From assembly GCA_964016885.1 (NCBI GenBank), contig OZ024740.1, positions 238,328,001 through 238,392,000 on the forward strand: 64,000 bases of DNA, in the 5' to 3' direction. Position numbers and translations under genes: made by a program. Below the pieces are notes generated by a model. That model saw only the letters and a list, made by a program, of their open reading frames with translations. It was not told where the DNA came from and searched no databases. How positions within the stretch are numbered: position 1 is the first letter of the stretch; every line of letters begins with the position of its first letter. The stretch comes from Eledone cirrhosa (lineage: Eukaryota). Shown here one piece after another: positions 63,057-64,000 of the stretch.

Positions 63057-63283
63057 GGGTCTGTTTACACTGTATGGCCAAACATATTATTGTAAACTTG
63101 TTTACAAATACAATCTCAATCACATTGTGTCAGTACTTCAGTTAATATATAACTTTATGAATTATCAAAGTGCTTGGATGATTTGAAATTTGAGGTGGGA
63201 ATCCCAAATGCAGAAAATAACTAACAGTCAATTGCTATAAATAATAGCTTTGAAAGTTTTTGGCCATACTGTGTAAACATCCC
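63057..63283. mobile_element. PIF/Harbinger-like MITE
   Basis: GGGTCTGTTTACACTGTATGGCCAAA / TTTGGCCATACTGTGTAAACATCCC. Confidence 0.55.
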
Positions 63284-63291
63284 TTGGTTAA

Positions 63292-63503
63292 CCCTTTAGC
63301 ATTTACATTACTCTATATATACTATCGTATTTTTGTGGTAAAAACTCTTACATAATTATCTCAAATATTGAATCTACAAGATTTTAATGTTATTTATTTT
63401 GAGAGCAATACCTTAATATGAGTATGAATAGCCAGTTATAGCCAGTTTCAACAGAAAGGTGAGAGAATTCTGGCAAGATACAGCTGATTTAAATGCTAAA
63501 GGG
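63292..63503 (-). mobile_element. piggyBac-type MITE
   Basis: TTAA|CCCTTTAGCATTTA...TAAATGCTAAAGGG|TTAA. Confidence 0.85.
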
Positions 63504-63716
63504 TTAAACCACATGGCTTCATAATTGACTCATCTGCAACCAATACAAAGTAATGAATTCCTGATTTTGGCTTTAATAAAAGCTGAACCATGTAGGTCTG
63601 TATCTTTGGTTTCTCAAAAGCCTGTAGCATGGCTAAAATTATATTTATTGAATGTAACTCTGTTTACAAATTTAATGTATGTATATGTATACTGAGAAAT
63701 TGTTATCTGGTAACAG

Positions 63717-63846
63717 GTTAGACAAACTCCGGCACCATCTGATGCCATTGTACAGTTTTGATCCAGCTGCTGTAGATGAAGACCAAGATTGGGAATGTGA
63801 ACTATTAGATGGAGATAAAGAACAACATGTTGCTCTGAGATCTGAG
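63717..63846 (+). CDS. C3orf18-like: C3orf18-like cytoplasmic-tail exon
   Basis: taacAG|G...GAG|GTAAGT; (R)LDKLRHHLMPLYSFDPAAVDEDQDWECELL matches the recalled family motif RLEKLRHQLMPMYNFDP (C3orf18) / RVDRLRHHLLPMYSYDP (SMIM29). The gene continues beyond the window. Confidence 0.88.
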
Positions 63847-64000
63847 GTAAGTATGATGGAAAACCTTTCTAGAATATTTTTGTTTTGTTTTCTTTACTAC
63901 AAAAACTGTATATATTTTAATTAACAGCATATCATCTTTTCTTCTCCCACTTGTTCTGAGAGGGTCATGGGGGCAGAGTCCTCAAACACTCTCTCCACGG

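Overview
AT-rich, repeat-dense animal genomic DNA. The SINE/LINE repertoire and (TA)n density suggest an octopod cephalopod (inference). Two divergently transcribed spliced genes could be rebuilt by hand. On the minus strand is the 5' part of a HEMK1-like mitochondrial release-factor glutamine methyltransferase (exons 9024-8967 and 1356-1151). On the plus strand is a C3orf18/SMIM29-family single-pass membrane protein (coding exons 44196-44408, a 26-nt microexon 48597-48622, and 63717-63846). As I recall, HEMK1 and C3orf18 are also head-to-head neighbours in human. Most of the rest is transposon-derived: RTE LINEs with a PHD finger inside ORF2, CRE-type RLE LINE fragments, Penelope-like fragments, DD37D (maT) and mariner DNA transposons, piggyBac/Harbinger/foldback MITEs, a non-autonomous Helitron, tRNA-derived SINEs and two minisatellites. 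The most unusual signals are at the RNA level: (i) at least six minimal hammerhead ribozyme motifs in (TA)n-embedded Penelope-like fragments, four of them as sense/antisense pairs in long inverted repeats; (ii) a chain of small covarying H-type pseudoknots in the RTE 3' UTR, shared with a SINE and amplified about 38-fold into a minisatellite; (iii) an 11 x 53-bp array whose unit reads as acceptor-ATG-donor. All calls were made by eye. TE boundaries are approximate, and family names rest on recalled motifs, not database searches.
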